Assembly: GCA_963703565.1 (NCBI GenBank)
Contig: CAVPEW010000042.1
Location: forward strand, 33,327-97,326
Direction of reading: 5' to 3'
DNA length: 64,000 nt
From: an uncultured Microthrixaceae bacterium
Lineage (GTDB): Bacteria; Actinomycetota; Acidimicrobiia; Acidimicrobiales; VFJN01
A program made the translations under genes and the position numbers. The notes below the pieces were generated by a model that saw nothing but the letters and a program-made list of their open reading frames with translations, was not told the origin of the DNA and did not search any database. Below, one piece after another: positions 17,739 through 27,327 of this stretch. Positions within the stretch are counted from its first letter, which is position 1, and every line of letters starts with the position of its first letter.

Positions 17739-18592
17739 CCGTCGCCGTTTGCGTCAAGCTCGTGGACTCCCGGCCCGAGGTCGACCCGCTCACCGGCGAG
17801 GTGACCGTCGACGCCCGTGCCGCCGGCATCAGCGAGGCCGACCAGGCCGCTCTGGAGTGGGGCCTGCGCCTCGGCGAGACGTGGGGAACCCCGGTGCTGG
17901 CGGTCAGCGCCGGACCTCCGCCGGCAGAGGTCGTGCTGCGCGACGCCCTGGCCGCGGGTGCTGCCCGAGCCGTACGGGTCGACCTGGAACCCGATGCGCC
18001 CAGCGCGTACGTCGCCTCGGCGCTGGCGTCGGTGGTCGCCGGCTCGGACGTCGTGCTGTGCGGCGACTGGTCCATCGACCGCGGCAGCGGCTCGGTGCCC
18101 GCCTTCGTGGCAGCGCACCTCGACGCTGCCCAGGCGCTGGGCCTGGTCGAGCTGACGGCGGGCCCGCCCGGCCGCTTGGCCGCGCTCCGCCGCCTCGACG
18201 CTGGGCGCCGCGAGCGCCTCGACATCTCGGCGCCCGCGGTCTGCTCGGTCGAGGGTCGGATCCGGCTGCGCCGGGCGAGCCTCGAGGGTGTCCTCGCGGC
18301 CGGTGACGCCGTGGTGGAGGTCCGCCAACCGCCGGGCGGCGAGCTGGGTGCAGCGCCCTGCGAGGCGGTCCGCACCGGTCCGTACCGGCCTCCGGCGAGA
18401 GTCCTGCGCCCGCCCGAGGGCGACGATGCCCGCACCCGCATCCTGGCCCTGACCGGGGCGCTGGTCGACCGCACGCCCCCCGAGCGCCTCGTGCTCGAAC
18501 CGCCCGACGCCGCGGAGCGGCTGTTGGCCCAGCTGGTCTCGTGGGGGTACCTCGACGAGGTTCCCGCCCCCCCGGCGCCGGCGGGCTCCTGA
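17735..18592 (+). CDS. Electron transfer flavoprotein beta subunit-like (mycofactocin-associated)
   Basis: MTVAVCVKLV...PEVDPLTG is an ETF-beta-type N-terminus, and CGDWSIDRGSGSVPAFVA is also ETF-beta-like. ATG 17735 overlaps the fixX stop (ATGA). Confidence 0.85.
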   Translation: MTVAVCVKLVDSRPEVDPLTGEVTVDARAAGISEADQAALEWGLRLGETWGTPVLAVSAGPPPAEVVLRDALAAGAARAVRVDLEPDAPSAYVASALASVVAGSDVVLCGDWSIDRGSGSVPAFVAAHLDAAQALGLVELTAGPPGRLAALRRLDAGRRERLDISAPAVCSVEGRIRLRRASLEGVLAAGDAVVEVRQPPGGELGAAPCEAVRTGPYRPPARVLRPPEGDDARTRILALTGALVDRTPPERLVLEPPDAAERLLAQLVSWGYLDEVPAPPAPAGS

Positions 18593-18633
18593 GCAGCCGG
18601 GCGTCACGTCCCCCCGGCTGGCACACTGCGATC

Positions 18634-19419
18634 ATGACCGACACGAAGCCCGGTGGGGGAGCCGGGTCCGCGGGTCACCCGGGCGGACGCCCGGTGTCGA
18701 CGCGCAGGAGCCGGCTCCCAGGTGAACCCCCCACCGCCCCACCCGAGGGGCGCCTCGAGACGCTGTGCTGGCCCGACGTCGACGACCGGGCGGGATCGCT
18801 GCTGCTCGTGGTGCCCCTCGGCGCGACCGAGCAGCACGGGCCGCACCTGCCCTTCGCCCTGGACTCGCTGGTGGCAACCACCTTGGCGTGGGGCCTCGCG
18901 GCAGCACGCGACGACGTGGTCGTGGCACCGACCCTGCCCTTCGGCTCCAGCGGCGAGCACGCCGGCTTCGCCGGGACCCTCTCGATCGGACAGGCCGCCC
19001 TGGAGCTGGTGGTGACCGAGCTGGTCCGCTCGGCCGACGCCTTCGCCGGGGTAGTGCTGGTCAACGGCCACGGCGGCAATGCCGAGCCCCTGGCGGCAGC
19101 CCAGCGGACCCTGGCCGAGGAGGGCCGCAGGGTCCTGGTGTGGTCTCCGAGAGCAGACGGTGACATCCACGCGGGCCGAACCGAGACCTCCCTCGCCCTG
19201 GCCCTCGACGCCGACGGCGTGAGGCTCGATCGCGCCGAGGCCGGCGATGTGCACACGCTGTCTGCGTTGATCGAGCGCCTGCGCAGTGAGGGGGTCCGGG
19301 CAGTGTCGCCCAACGGCGTGCTCGGCGACCCCAAGGGCTCGTCGGCAACCGAGGGGCGCATCCTCGTGGACGCTCTGGTGGCCGACCTCGTGCGCAAGGT
19401 CCGCACCTGGGCTCGTTGA
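18634..19419 (+). CDS. mftE: Mycofactocin precursor peptide peptidase (creatininase family)
   Basis: LVVPLGATEQHGPHLP, GSSGEHAGFAGT, NGHGGN and HAGRTETS are creatininase-fold motifs. The start is uncertain: ATG 18634 or an in-frame GTG about 60 nt downstream. Confidence 0.85.
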   Translation: MTDTKPGGGAGSAGHPGGRPVSTRRSRLPGEPPTAPPEGRLETLCWPDVDDRAGSLLLVVPLGATEQHGPHLPFALDSLVATTLAWGLAAARDDVVVAPTLPFGSSGEHAGFAGTLSIGQAALELVVTELVRSADAFAGVVLVNGHGGNAEPLAAAQRTLAEEGRRVLVWSPRADGDIHAGRTETSLALALDADGVRLDRAEAGDVHTLSALIERLRSEGVRAVSPNGVLGDPKGSSATEGRILVDALVADLVRKVRTWAR

Positions 19420-20217
19420 CACCCCCGGCGCCGGTCGCGGTGCTGACCGGCGCGGCACGGGGCATCGGTGCTGCGACCGCGCGGGGCCTGGCCGCGGACG
19501 GGTGGAGCCTGGTCCTCGTCGACCGCTGCGCCGACGACCCGGCCCTCGGCTACCCCTTGGCCACCCGGGCCGAGCTCGACGCTGTGGCGGCCGAGTGCGG
19601 TGGGCCGAAGCGGGCGGTCCCGGTGGTCGCCGACGTGCGTGACCAGCGGGCCATCGACGGGGCCGTCGCCCTGGCCGTGGAGCGCTTCGGCGGCCTCGAC
19701 GCCGCCGTGGCCGCCGCCGGGGCGCTCGTGGGCGGCCCGGTCGCCTGGGACACCGACGACGCCGCCTGGGCGACGATGGTGGGGGTGAACCTGGAAGGGC
19801 CGTGGCGCCTGGCGCGGGCGGCGGTCCCCGCGCTGCTGTCGCGCCCGGCTCCCAGGCAGGGTCGGGTCGTGGTGATCGCGTCGTCGGGCGGCCTGGTCGG
19901 GCTTCCCCGCATGGCGGCCTACAGCGCCGCCAAGCACGGCGCGATCGGGCTGGTGCGCAGCCTGGCGGCCGAGCCTCGGCGAGGAGGGGGTGACGGTGAA
20001 CGCGGTCGCGCCCGGGTCGACGGGCACCGCCATGCTCGACGCGAGCGCCGCCGTCTACGACCTGGCCTCGCCCGACGAGTTCGCGGTGCACCACCTGCTC
20101 GGCCGGCTGCTGGGCCCCGACGAGGTGGCCGCCGCCGTGCGCTGGCTGTGCAGCCCGGCGGCCAGCGGGGTGACCGGTGCGGTGGTGCCCGTCGACGCCG
20201 GCATGACCGCGCGGTGA
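19416..20217 (+). pseudogene. Mycofactocin-coupled SDR family oxidoreductase, frame broken by one extra base at about 19974
   Basis: TGAARGIG, the insert DRCADDPALGYPLATRAELDAV, and YSAAKHG are in the frame of 19416. The C-terminal part VTVNAVAPGSTGTAM...VPVDAGM is in the frame of track ORF 19990..20217. The join is at GAGCCTC. Confidence 0.8.
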
Positions 20218-21704
20218 GGGCAGGCGCGCTCGGCAGGCCGCCCCGTCCGGCTCGGGACCCGCCGGGAGTGCCTCGGCCCTCGGACCCGCCGCCACCGTTG
20301 CCGGCGCGCTGGCGCGTCGTGCTCGACCACCGAACCAGGCGCGACCGCACCGGCACGGTGGTCTCGGGGGGCCACCCCTGGCGCATCCTGCGCCTCACCC
20401 CCTCCGGCGCCCGACTGCTCGCTCGCCTCGCCGCCGGTGAAGCGGTGTCCACCGATGCGAGCGGTGCGCTGGCGCGGCGCCTGGTCGAGGGCGGCCTGGC
20501 CCACCCGCGCCCACCCGCCGCCGGGCCCTTCGTGGCGCGGGAGCGACCGAGCGTGGTGGTGCCGGTGCGTGGCGAGCCCGCTGAGCTGGACACCACGCTG
20601 GACTCGCTCGGCGCGGTGCGCGAGGTCGTGGTCGTCGACGACGCTTCGCTCGACGCCGGAGGCATCGCCGCCGTGGCGCGCCGCCACGGGGCGACGCTGG
20701 TGCGCCACGAGGTCACCGGCGGCCCGGCCGCCGCACGCGAGGCGGGCTGGCGGCGCTGCGAGGGACCGGTCGTGGCCTTCGTCGACGCCGGGGTCGAGCT
20801 GCCCGCACGCTGGTACGAGCCTCTCGGCGACCACCTCGGCGACCGCAGCGTGGTGGCGGTGGCGCCCCGGGTTCGGCCCACGGCGCGCCCGGGCACGCCA
20901 CGTTGGCTGGCGCGGTACGAGGCCCGCCGTTCGCCCCTCGACCTGGGTGGCCGCCCGGCCGAGGTGCGCCCGGCGTCGCCGGTGGCGTACGTGCCCACCG
21001 CGACCCTGGTGGTGCGTCGCAGCGCCTTGGAGGAGGTGGGTGGGTTCGACCCGGCACTGCGCTACGGGGAGGATGTCGACCTGGTCTGGCGCCTGGTCGG
21101 TGCCGGGGGCCGGGTCCGCTACGAGCCAAGGGTGGTGGTGCGTCACCCGGTGCGCACCTCCCTGCGGGCACTGGTCCTGCAGCGGGCCGGCTACGGCTCG
21201 GCGGCGGGGCCGCTGGCCAGGCGCCACGGCTCGGCTGTGGCGCCGGCACGGATCTCACCCGGCGCCGGCGCCGGCTGGTGGCTGGTCGCCTCGGGCGCCC
21301 CGCGGGCAGCGGGGGTCGTGATCGGGGTGTCCAACGCCCCTCTGGTACGGCGCCTGGCCTCGCTGCCCCACCCGGTGCGCACCGCCGCCCGCCTCGGGCT
21401 GGCCGGCCAGATGTCGGCCGGTCGACAGCTCGTCGAGGCGGCCCGCAGGGTCTGGGCTCCCGGCCTGGCAGTGGCCGCCGCGCTCGGTGGCCGCCGCACC
21501 CGCGGGGTCGTCGCCTCGGTGTGGGTGTTGCCACCGCTGTGCGAGGCGCTCGCCCGTCGCCCCGAGCTGGGGCTGGCCCGGTGGATCGCCCTGCGTGCCG
21601 TGGACGACATCGCCTACTGCGCGGGCGTCTGGCGAGGCTCGTGGGCGGCGCGCACCACGGTCGCGCTGCGTCCGGTTCGGCCCCGCCCGAACCCGGCGCA
21701 GTGA
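20214..21704 (+). CDS. mftF: Mycofactocin system glycosyltransferase
   Basis: The MftF-type N-terminus is WRVVLDHRTRR..GTVVSGGHPWRILRLTPSGARLL. The GT2 core contains VVVPVRGE, VVVVDDAS and GEDVDLVWR. The GTG start overlaps the SDR stop (GTGA). This gene is the last two thirds of the chimeric track ORF 19416..21704. Confidence 0.85.
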   Translation: MRAGALGRPPRPARDPPGVPRPSDPPPPLPARWRVVLDHRTRRDRTGTVVSGGHPWRILRLTPSGARLLARLAAGEAVSTDASGALARRLVEGGLAHPRPPAAGPFVARERPSVVVPVRGEPAELDTTLDSLGAVREVVVVDDASLDAGGIAAVARRHGATLVRHEVTGGPAAAREAGWRRCEGPVVAFVDAGVELPARWYEPLGDHLGDRSVVAVAPRVRPTARPGTPRWLARYEARRSPLDLGGRPAEVRPASPVAYVPTATLVVRRSALEEVGGFDPALRYGEDVDLVWRLVGAGGRVRYEPRVVVRHPVRTSLRALVLQRAGYGSAAGPLARRHGSAVAPARISPGAGAGWWLVASGAPRAAGVVIGVSNAPLVRRLASLPHPVRTAARLGLAGQMSAGRQLVEAARRVWAPGLAVAAALGGRRTRGVVASVWVLPPLCEALARRPELGLARWIALRAVDDIAYCAGVWRGSWAARTTVALRPVRPRPNPAQ

Positions 21705-21768
21705 TCACCGCGCCGTGCCGGCGTGACGCCGGGGGGTCCGGCGGGCACGAGCCGATACGGTCGGCGTC

Positions 21769-22524
21769 ATGGAGCTCGGGTTGCGGGGACGGCGGGCTGC
21801 GGTGGCGGCGGGCAGCGCCGGGCTGGGGTTCGGCGCGGCCCGGGCCCTTGCCGACGAGGGCGCGCGAGTCGTGCTGTGCGGTCGCCGGGCCGAACGCGTA
21901 GAGGCGGCCGAGCGGACCCTGCGAGACGCCGGAGGCGACGCGACCGGCGTGGTCGCCGACCTGTCCACGCCCGACGGAGCGGCCGGGTTCGTGGCCGCTG
22001 CAACCGAGGTGCTCGGTGGGCTCGACGTGCTCGTGGCAAACGGGGGCGGGCCCCCGCCCGGAACCGTGGCGTCCACCCCGTTCGAGGCCTACGGGCCCGC
22101 GCTCGAGTCCAACCTGCTGGCGGCGGTGGCGATGTGTCGGGCGGTCGTAGGCCCGATGGTCGACGCCGGCTGGGGGCGCATCGTGGCGGTCACGTCGACC
22201 ACGGTGCGCGAGCCCTCCCCCACGTTGCTGCTGTCCAACATCGCTCGTACCGGGCTGACCGCGTTCTGCAAGACGCTGGCCGGTGAGATCGCCGGGTCGG
22301 GCGTGACCGTCAACACGATCCAGCCGGGAGGTCACGCCACGGAGCGGTTCATGAGCCTGCACGGCGGCGACATGGCCGCGGCGCTGCGCGAGGCACCGGC
22401 GGGCTCGCTGGGTGACCCCGACGACTTCGGCGCGCTCGTGGCGATGCTGTGCTCCGAACAGGCCCGATTCGTCACCGGGACCTCCCTGGCAGTCGACGGC
22501 GGGGTCGTGCGCGCCCTGCAGTAG
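21769..22524 (+). CDS. SDR family oxidoreductase
   Basis: 251 aa with the GSAGLG glycine motif, NGGG and a Rossmann layout. It closes the locus. Confidence 0.8.
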   Translation: MELGLRGRRAAVAAGSAGLGFGAARALADEGARVVLCGRRAERVEAAERTLRDAGGDATGVVADLSTPDGAAGFVAAATEVLGGLDVLVANGGGPPPGTVASTPFEAYGPALESNLLAAVAMCRAVVGPMVDAGWGRIVAVTSTTVREPSPTLLLSNIARTGLTAFCKTLAGEIAGSGVTVNTIQPGGHATERFMSLHGGDMAAALREAPAGSLGDPDDFGALVAMLCSEQARFVTGTSLAVDGGVVRALQ

Positions 22525-22538
22525 CTCGGATCCGGTTC

Positions 22539-23318
22539 TCAGCGCTGGCGGGCCGTCGCCCGGGGTGGGTCGCCTTCGTGAGGATCGGCTGTTGTGGCCA
22601 GCACCACCCGCACTGGCCGGTGGTCCGAGCCCAGGTCGCCGAGGACCACCGCTTCGCGCACCTCGAGCCCCCCGGCGACGAGCACGTGGTCGATCTGGCT
22701 GTGGGGCCGGTGAGCGGGGAACGTCCGTCCCCGCACCGTCGGGCGCCACCGACGCGGGCACATCCAGCGGATGCACCAGCGCCACATGTTCATGTCCCCC
22801 GCGAGCACGGCCCGACCCTGCTCGGGCAGCGTGGCGCGAAAGGCGCGGCGTTGCAGCAGGGCCCCGAACTCGAGGTGAGGCAGGTGGGTGCCCACGACGG
22901 TTACCTCGGTGCCGCCCACGTCGAGCGCCACGCGGTGCACGACCCGGTTCACCGGATCGGGCCACAGGTGTCCCATCGCGACGGTCGAGGCCCCGAGCAC
23001 CGGTCGGCGCGACAGCACCGCAACCTGCCAGGTCCCCTCGCCGCGGGTGCCGGAGCGCCCCGCCATGCGCGGATTCGGTTCGAGCGTGCTGCGCGCCAGG
23101 GGCGCAGTGGCGGCGATCACGTAGCCGTGCGCGGCGGCGACGGTGTCGAGCTGGCCCGGGCCCTCGTCGGGCATCCAGGCCTCCTGGAGCACCACCACGT
23201 CCGCGTCGAGAGCCCCGACGGCGTCCACGACGTCGAAGGCAGGGAAGCCGTGGGCCCGCGCCCCGCGACCCCAGTGGAGGTTGAACGAGGCCACGCTCAG
23301 CTCGCCCGGCTCGCTCAA
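22539..23318 (-). CDS. Endonuclease/exonuclease/phosphatase (EEP) family protein
   Basis: SFNLHWG, DVVVLQE, GDMN and SDHRPV motifs. The TTG start overlaps the upstream stop. Confidence 0.8.
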   Translation of the reverse strand: MSEPGELSVASFNLHWGRGARAHGFPAFDVVDAVGALDADVVVLQEAWMPDEGPGQLDTVAAAHGYVIAATAPLARSTLEPNPRMAGRSGTRGEGTWQVAVLSRRPVLGASTVAMGHLWPDPVNRVVHRVALDVGGTEVTVVGTHLPHLEFGALLQRRAFRATLPEQGRAVLAGDMNMWRWCIRWMCPRRWRPTVRGRTFPAHRPHSQIDHVLVAGGLEVREAVVLGDLGSDHRPVRVVLATTADPHEGDPPRATARQR

Positions 23319-24046
23319 GGCGCGAGCCCCATCGCCTCGATCAGCGGCGGCAGCTCAGCGAGCGACGCGAGGACCTCGAAGCCGGCGACGTCGGCGTCGG
23401 CATCGGCGTGGTCGAGTGGCCAGATCAGCTCGTGGGGAACGTGCACGGCGCGCGCGCCCACCGCCAGCACGGGCAGCACGTCGCTGGCCACCGAGTTGCC
23501 GACCATCACGAAACCCTCCGGCCGCGCCCCGACCCGGGCCAGCACCGTGCGGTAGGTCGCCTCGTCCTTCTCCGACACGATCTGGAGGGAGTCGAAGGCG
23601 TCGATGAGGCCTGACCGGGCCGCCTTGAGCTCCTGGTGCAGCAGGTCACCCTTGGTCACCAGCACGAGCCGGGCCCTGCCGGCCAGCGCCTCGACGGCCT
23701 CGGCAGCCCCGTCGAGCAACTCCAACGGAGCGCGCAGCAGCTCCTTGCCGATCTCGAGGACCTCGGCCAGGTCCCGCGCGCTGATGGCGCCCTGGGTCAC
23801 CTCCACCGCGGTCTCCACCAGCGACAGGGTGAACGCCTTCACCCCGTAGCCGAACAGGGAGAGGTTGGCCCGCTCCACCTCGAGCAGGCGCCCGTCGAGC
23901 TCGTCGGGGTCGATGGCCGCGGAGCGGGCCACGATGGCGCGGTAGGCGAGCTGGGCCGACTGGAAGTGCCGCTCGCTGTGCCAGAGGGTGTCGTCGCCGT
24001 CGAGGCCCACGACCGTGATCGGCCCGTGCGAGCCCTCGCCGATCAC
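23315..24046 (-). CDS. HAD family hydrolase
   Basis: VGLDGDDTLW is the DxDxT motif; LVTKGD and MVGNSVASD are also present. GTG 24046 overlaps the ABC1 kinase stop (GTGA). Upstream codons of the track ORF look non-coding. Confidence 0.75.
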   Translation of the reverse strand: MIGEGSHGPITVVGLDGDDTLWHSERHFQSAQLAYRAIVARSAAIDPDELDGRLLEVERANLSLFGYGVKAFTLSLVETAVEVTQGAISARDLAEVLEIGKELLRAPLELLDGAAEAVEALAGRARLVLVTKGDLLHQELKAARSGLIDAFDSLQIVSEKDEATYRTVLARVGARPEGFVMVGNSVASDVLPVLAVGARAVHVPHELIWPLDHADADADVAGFEVLASLAELPPLIEAMGLAP

Positions 24047-25635
24047 AGCGGGTCTCGGGCCGCCGGGGCTGCGGCGGCCAGACGGTCGGCGTGGCGAGCG
24101 AGCCACTTGGCCTCCTGGTGCCCCAGCACGGTGGCGGGAGCGGCGTCGACGAAGGGCCACAGCTCGCGCGCCACCGCCTGCCACGGCGCGGTGGCGCGCA
24201 GCTCGGCGAGGATCGCGTACATGCCCAGGTTGATGCGTTGGCTGATCACGAAGGGGGCCGGGACGTTGGCGACCTTGAGGATCTCGCCGTGGGGTCCGTT
24301 GGGGTCGAACATCCGCCGCAGGGTCTCCGAGGCGTAGTCCGGTTCGACGGTGGTGGGGCCCTCGCGCAGGACCAGCTCGAAGAAGTGGCGGAAGTAGTCC
24401 CACACCTCGTCGTCGCGAAACGCCGTGCCGTCGGCCAGGAACCCGATGCGTTCCAGCGCGGCGCGGAACCCGGCGATGTCGTCGACCAGCAGGGGTTCGA
24501 TCAGCGCGCCCAGATCGGACACCTCGGTGGCGCTGAAGCGCTTGACCAGGCCGAAGTCCAAGAAGGTCACCCGGCCACCCGGACGGAACAGGTAGTTGCC
24601 GGGGTGGGGGTCCCCGTTGAACGCGCCGAGCCGGTAGATGCTACCGAACACGAACCGGTAGATGGCCTCGCCGGCGAGGTCACGCTCGTGGGGGTCCCAT
24701 CCGACCACCTCGTCGAAGCGGGCCCCGCTGGCCAGCTCGGTGGTCAGCACCCTGGCGGTGGACAGCTCGTCGAGCACGGCGGGCACCGAGATGAACGGGT
24801 GGTCGGCGTAGAAGTCGGCGAAGAGCCGCTGGTTGTCGGCCTCGTGGCGGTAGTCGAGCTCCTCGCCCAGGCGGGCACGCAGCTCGGCCACGAACGGCTC
24901 CCGCTCGAGGCCGGGCAGAGCGAAGCCCAGCGCGCCCAGCACCAGCCCGGCGTTGGCCAGGTCGGCCTCCATCGCCTCGGCGATGCCGGGGTACTGGACC
25001 TTGACCGCCACCTCCCGCCCGTCGTGGGTGCGGGCGCGGTGCACCTGGCCGATCGACGCCGCCGCGAGCGGTCGCCGACCCCAGCTCGCGAACACGTCGT
25101 CGGGGTCGCCCCCCAACTCGGCTCGGACCACCTCGGCGACCAGGTCCGGGTGCATGGGTGGGGCGTCGCTCTGCAGGTCGGCGAGCGCCGCCCGCACCGG
25201 CTCGGGCATGCCGTGGTCGAGGTAGCTCGCCATCTGGCCGATCTTCATCAGCGCGCCCTTCATGGACCCGAGTCGCTCCGCGACGTCGGCCGCGGTGCGC
25301 AGCTCGAAGGCCCGGTCGAGCCCGGGGCGCTGCTCGGCCCGGGCGAGGCGCCGCCGGACCCGGTGCGCCACCCAGGCGCCGCCGGCCCTGCCGACCACCC
25401 CCGCCGCCTGGGCGGTGCGGGCCGCGCGCGAGCGCGGCGCACCCGCGCCGAGCCTGTCGTGGGCCGGCGTGTCGCCGAGACGGCGCCGTCCCAGCGCGGC
25501 TCCGGTGACCACCACCAGGGCGGTCAACGCCAGGCGCCAACCGGCCCGTCGCAGCCTGGCGCGAGCCCGGCGGGGGTTTCGCCGGGGGAGGAGTCGCTGG
25601 GGGAGGCGTCGCCTCACCAGGCGAGAGCGGGGCAC
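24043..25635 (-). CDS. ABC1/AarF/UbiB family atypical kinase (copy 1)
   Basis: [32 protein letters not shown], and [11 protein letters not shown]...FLDFG. The start is uncertain; GTG 25635 is chosen so that the single N-terminal TM helix is included. Confidence 0.8.
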   Translation of the reverse strand: MPRSRLVRRRLPQRLLPRRNPRRARARLRRAGWRLALTALVVVTGAALGRRRLGDTPAHDRLGAGAPRSRAARTAQAAGVVGRAGGAWVAHRVRRRLARAEQRPGLDRAFELRTAADVAERLGSMKGALMKIGQMASYLDHGMPEPVRAALADLQSDAPPMHPDLVAEVVRAELGGDPDDVFASWGRRPLAAASIGQVHRARTHDGREVAVKVQYPGIAEAMEADLANAGLVLGALGFALPGLEREPFVAELRARLGEELDYRHEADNQRLFADFYADHPFISVPAVLDELSTARVLTTELASGARFDEVVGWDPHERDLAGEAIYRFVFGSIYRLGAFNGDPHPGNYLFRPGGRVTFLDFGLVKRFSATEVSDLGALIEPLLVDDIAGFRAALERIGFLADGTAFRDDEVWDYFRHFFELVLREGPTTVEPDYASETLRRMFDPNGPHGEILKVANVPAPFVISQRINLGMYAILAELRATAPWQAVARELWPFVDAAPATVLGHQEAKWLARHADRLAAAAPAARDPL

Positions 25636-25720
25636 CGCGTCGATGGTAGGTCGCCCCCGCGGTCGCCCCGGCCGGGCTCTCACGGGCACCGCTGGGGGCG
25701 CCGTCGTAGGGTCGCACGCC

Positions 25721-26251
25721 GTGAGCGACCTCGACTCGATGAACCTGGCTCTGTTCGTGCTGCGTGCGGCGACGGGCGCGGTAATGCTCGCCCACGGCGT
25801 GAACCACATCTACGGCGGTGGCCGCATCGAGGGCACCGGCCGTTGGTTCGAGAGCCTGGGGATGCGGCCCGGCCTGGTGCACGCCTGGCTGGCAAGCCTG
25901 GCCGAGGTGGCCGGCGGCGTGAGCCTCGTCCTGGGCCTGCTGACCCCCTTGGGGGGAGCGGCGGTGGTCGGCGTCATGGCCGTGGCCGGCATCACCAACC
26001 ACCGGGGCAACGGCTTCTTCATCTTCCGCCCGGGCGAAGGTTGGGAGTACGTGATGACCCTCGGGGTCCTCGGCTTCGCCCTGGCGGTCGTCGGCCCGGG
26101 TGAGTGGTCGCTCGACCACGCTCTCGACCTCGCCGACGACCTGTCGGGTACGACGGGTCTCGTGGTGGCCCTGCTCGCCGGGGCGGGCGGCGCGGCGGCG
26201 CTGTTGGCAGCCGCATGGCGCCCACCGTCGTCGGCCGGCGACGGGGGATGA
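25721..26251 (+). CDS. DoxX family membrane protein (copy 2)
   Basis: LALFVLRAATGAVMLAHGVNH...SLAEVAGGVSLVLGLLTPLG. The start is GTG 25721 or ATG 25739. Confidence 0.75.
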   Translation: MSDLDSMNLALFVLRAATGAVMLAHGVNHIYGGGRIEGTGRWFESLGMRPGLVHAWLASLAEVAGGVSLVLGLLTPLGGAAVVGVMAVAGITNHRGNGFFIFRPGEGWEYVMTLGVLGFALAVVGPGEWSLDHALDLADDLSGTTGLVVALLAGAGGAAALLAAAWRPPSSAGDGG

Positions 26252-27327
26252 GGGCACCGGCGTACCCCGCAGTCGTGCCCCGGCGCTGTCCCGGCCTGCA
26301 GTGGCGGCCGCCGCGGCGGCGCGACGACGCCGAGTGGATCGCGCTGCTGTCCGACCTCGACGCCGCCGACGGGCGGGGGGAGACCTTCGGACCCGACGAG
26401 ATCGACGAGGAGTGGGCAGCCGCCACCATCGACCCTCACCGGGAGGGCACTCTCGGCTGGATCGCCGGCGAGCTCGTGGCGTTCGGCTGGGTGCGGGTCG
26501 TGGCGGGCGTCGGCGGGACTCGCCTCGAGCTGTGGGGCGGGGTGCATCCCCGGGTCCGCGGCCTGGGGATCGGGGCCGAACTGCTCGATCGCCAACTGGC
26601 GGCTGCCGCCCGTGCCCGGGATCGACTCGCCGGGGCGGGGCCGGCTCGGGTTGTCCTGCACTGCTTGGGCTCCCAGCCCGAGCTGGCTCACCTTGCCCGG
26701 GCGCGGGGCCTGGTCCAGCGGCGCACCTTCGTCGACCTCGCCCTGGCAACCCCGGCTCCGCCGCCACCGTGCGACGCGCCGGCGGGTGTGCGACTGGTGC
26801 GGTGGGATCCCTCACTGGACGAGGCCGTGCGCATCGCCCACAACGAGGCCTTCGCCGACCACTGGGGCAGCGAGCCCGCCGACCGTGCTCGCTGGCGGGC
26901 GGAGTCCACCGGGCACCGCTCGTTCCGGCCCGACCTGTCATCGATCGCGCTGGTCGCCGAGCCGCCAGCAGGGCAACCGCAGGACAGGGGAGCGCCGGGA
27001 GAGCGCCAGGCTCCCTTGGTCGCGGGGTACCTGCTGGCCGGCGCCTTCCCGGCCGACTGGCCGACGGCGGGTCGGCCCCAGGCGTGGGTCCAGACCCTGG
27101 GCGTGCGCCCGGCGTGGCGCCGGCGCGGGGTCGGCGCCGCCCTGCTCACGGCTGCCCTGGCGGCCATGGCCGGCGCCGGGGACGGCTTCGCGGAGGCGCT
27201 TGTCGGCGTCGACGAGGCCAATCCCACCGGGGCGCTGCGTCTCTACCGGCGACACGGCTTCGCGCCCGTACGTCGGGTGGGGCTCTTCGAGGGTCCGGTG
27301 CCGGCGACGTCTCGGGGCCGGCGTTGA
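26248..27327 (+). CDS. Two-domain GNAT N-acetyltransferase (mycothiol synthase MshD-like)
   Basis: Two acetyl-CoA motifs are present: VHPRVRGLGIGAELL and VRPAWRRRGVGAALL. ATG 26248 overlaps the DoxX stop (ATGA). Confidence 0.65.
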   Translation: MRAPAYPAVVPRRCPGLQWRPPRRRDDAEWIALLSDLDAADGRGETFGPDEIDEEWAAATIDPHREGTLGWIAGELVAFGWVRVVAGVGGTRLELWGGVHPRVRGLGIGAELLDRQLAAAARARDRLAGAGPARVVLHCLGSQPELAHLARARGLVQRRTFVDLALATPAPPPPCDAPAGVRLVRWDPSLDEAVRIAHNEAFADHWGSEPADRARWRAESTGHRSFRPDLSSIALVAEPPAGQPQDRGAPGERQAPLVAGYLLAGAFPADWPTAGRPQAWVQTLGVRPAWRRRGVGAALLTAALAAMAGAGDGFAEALVGVDEANPTGALRLYRRHGFAPVRRVGLFEGPVPATSRGRR

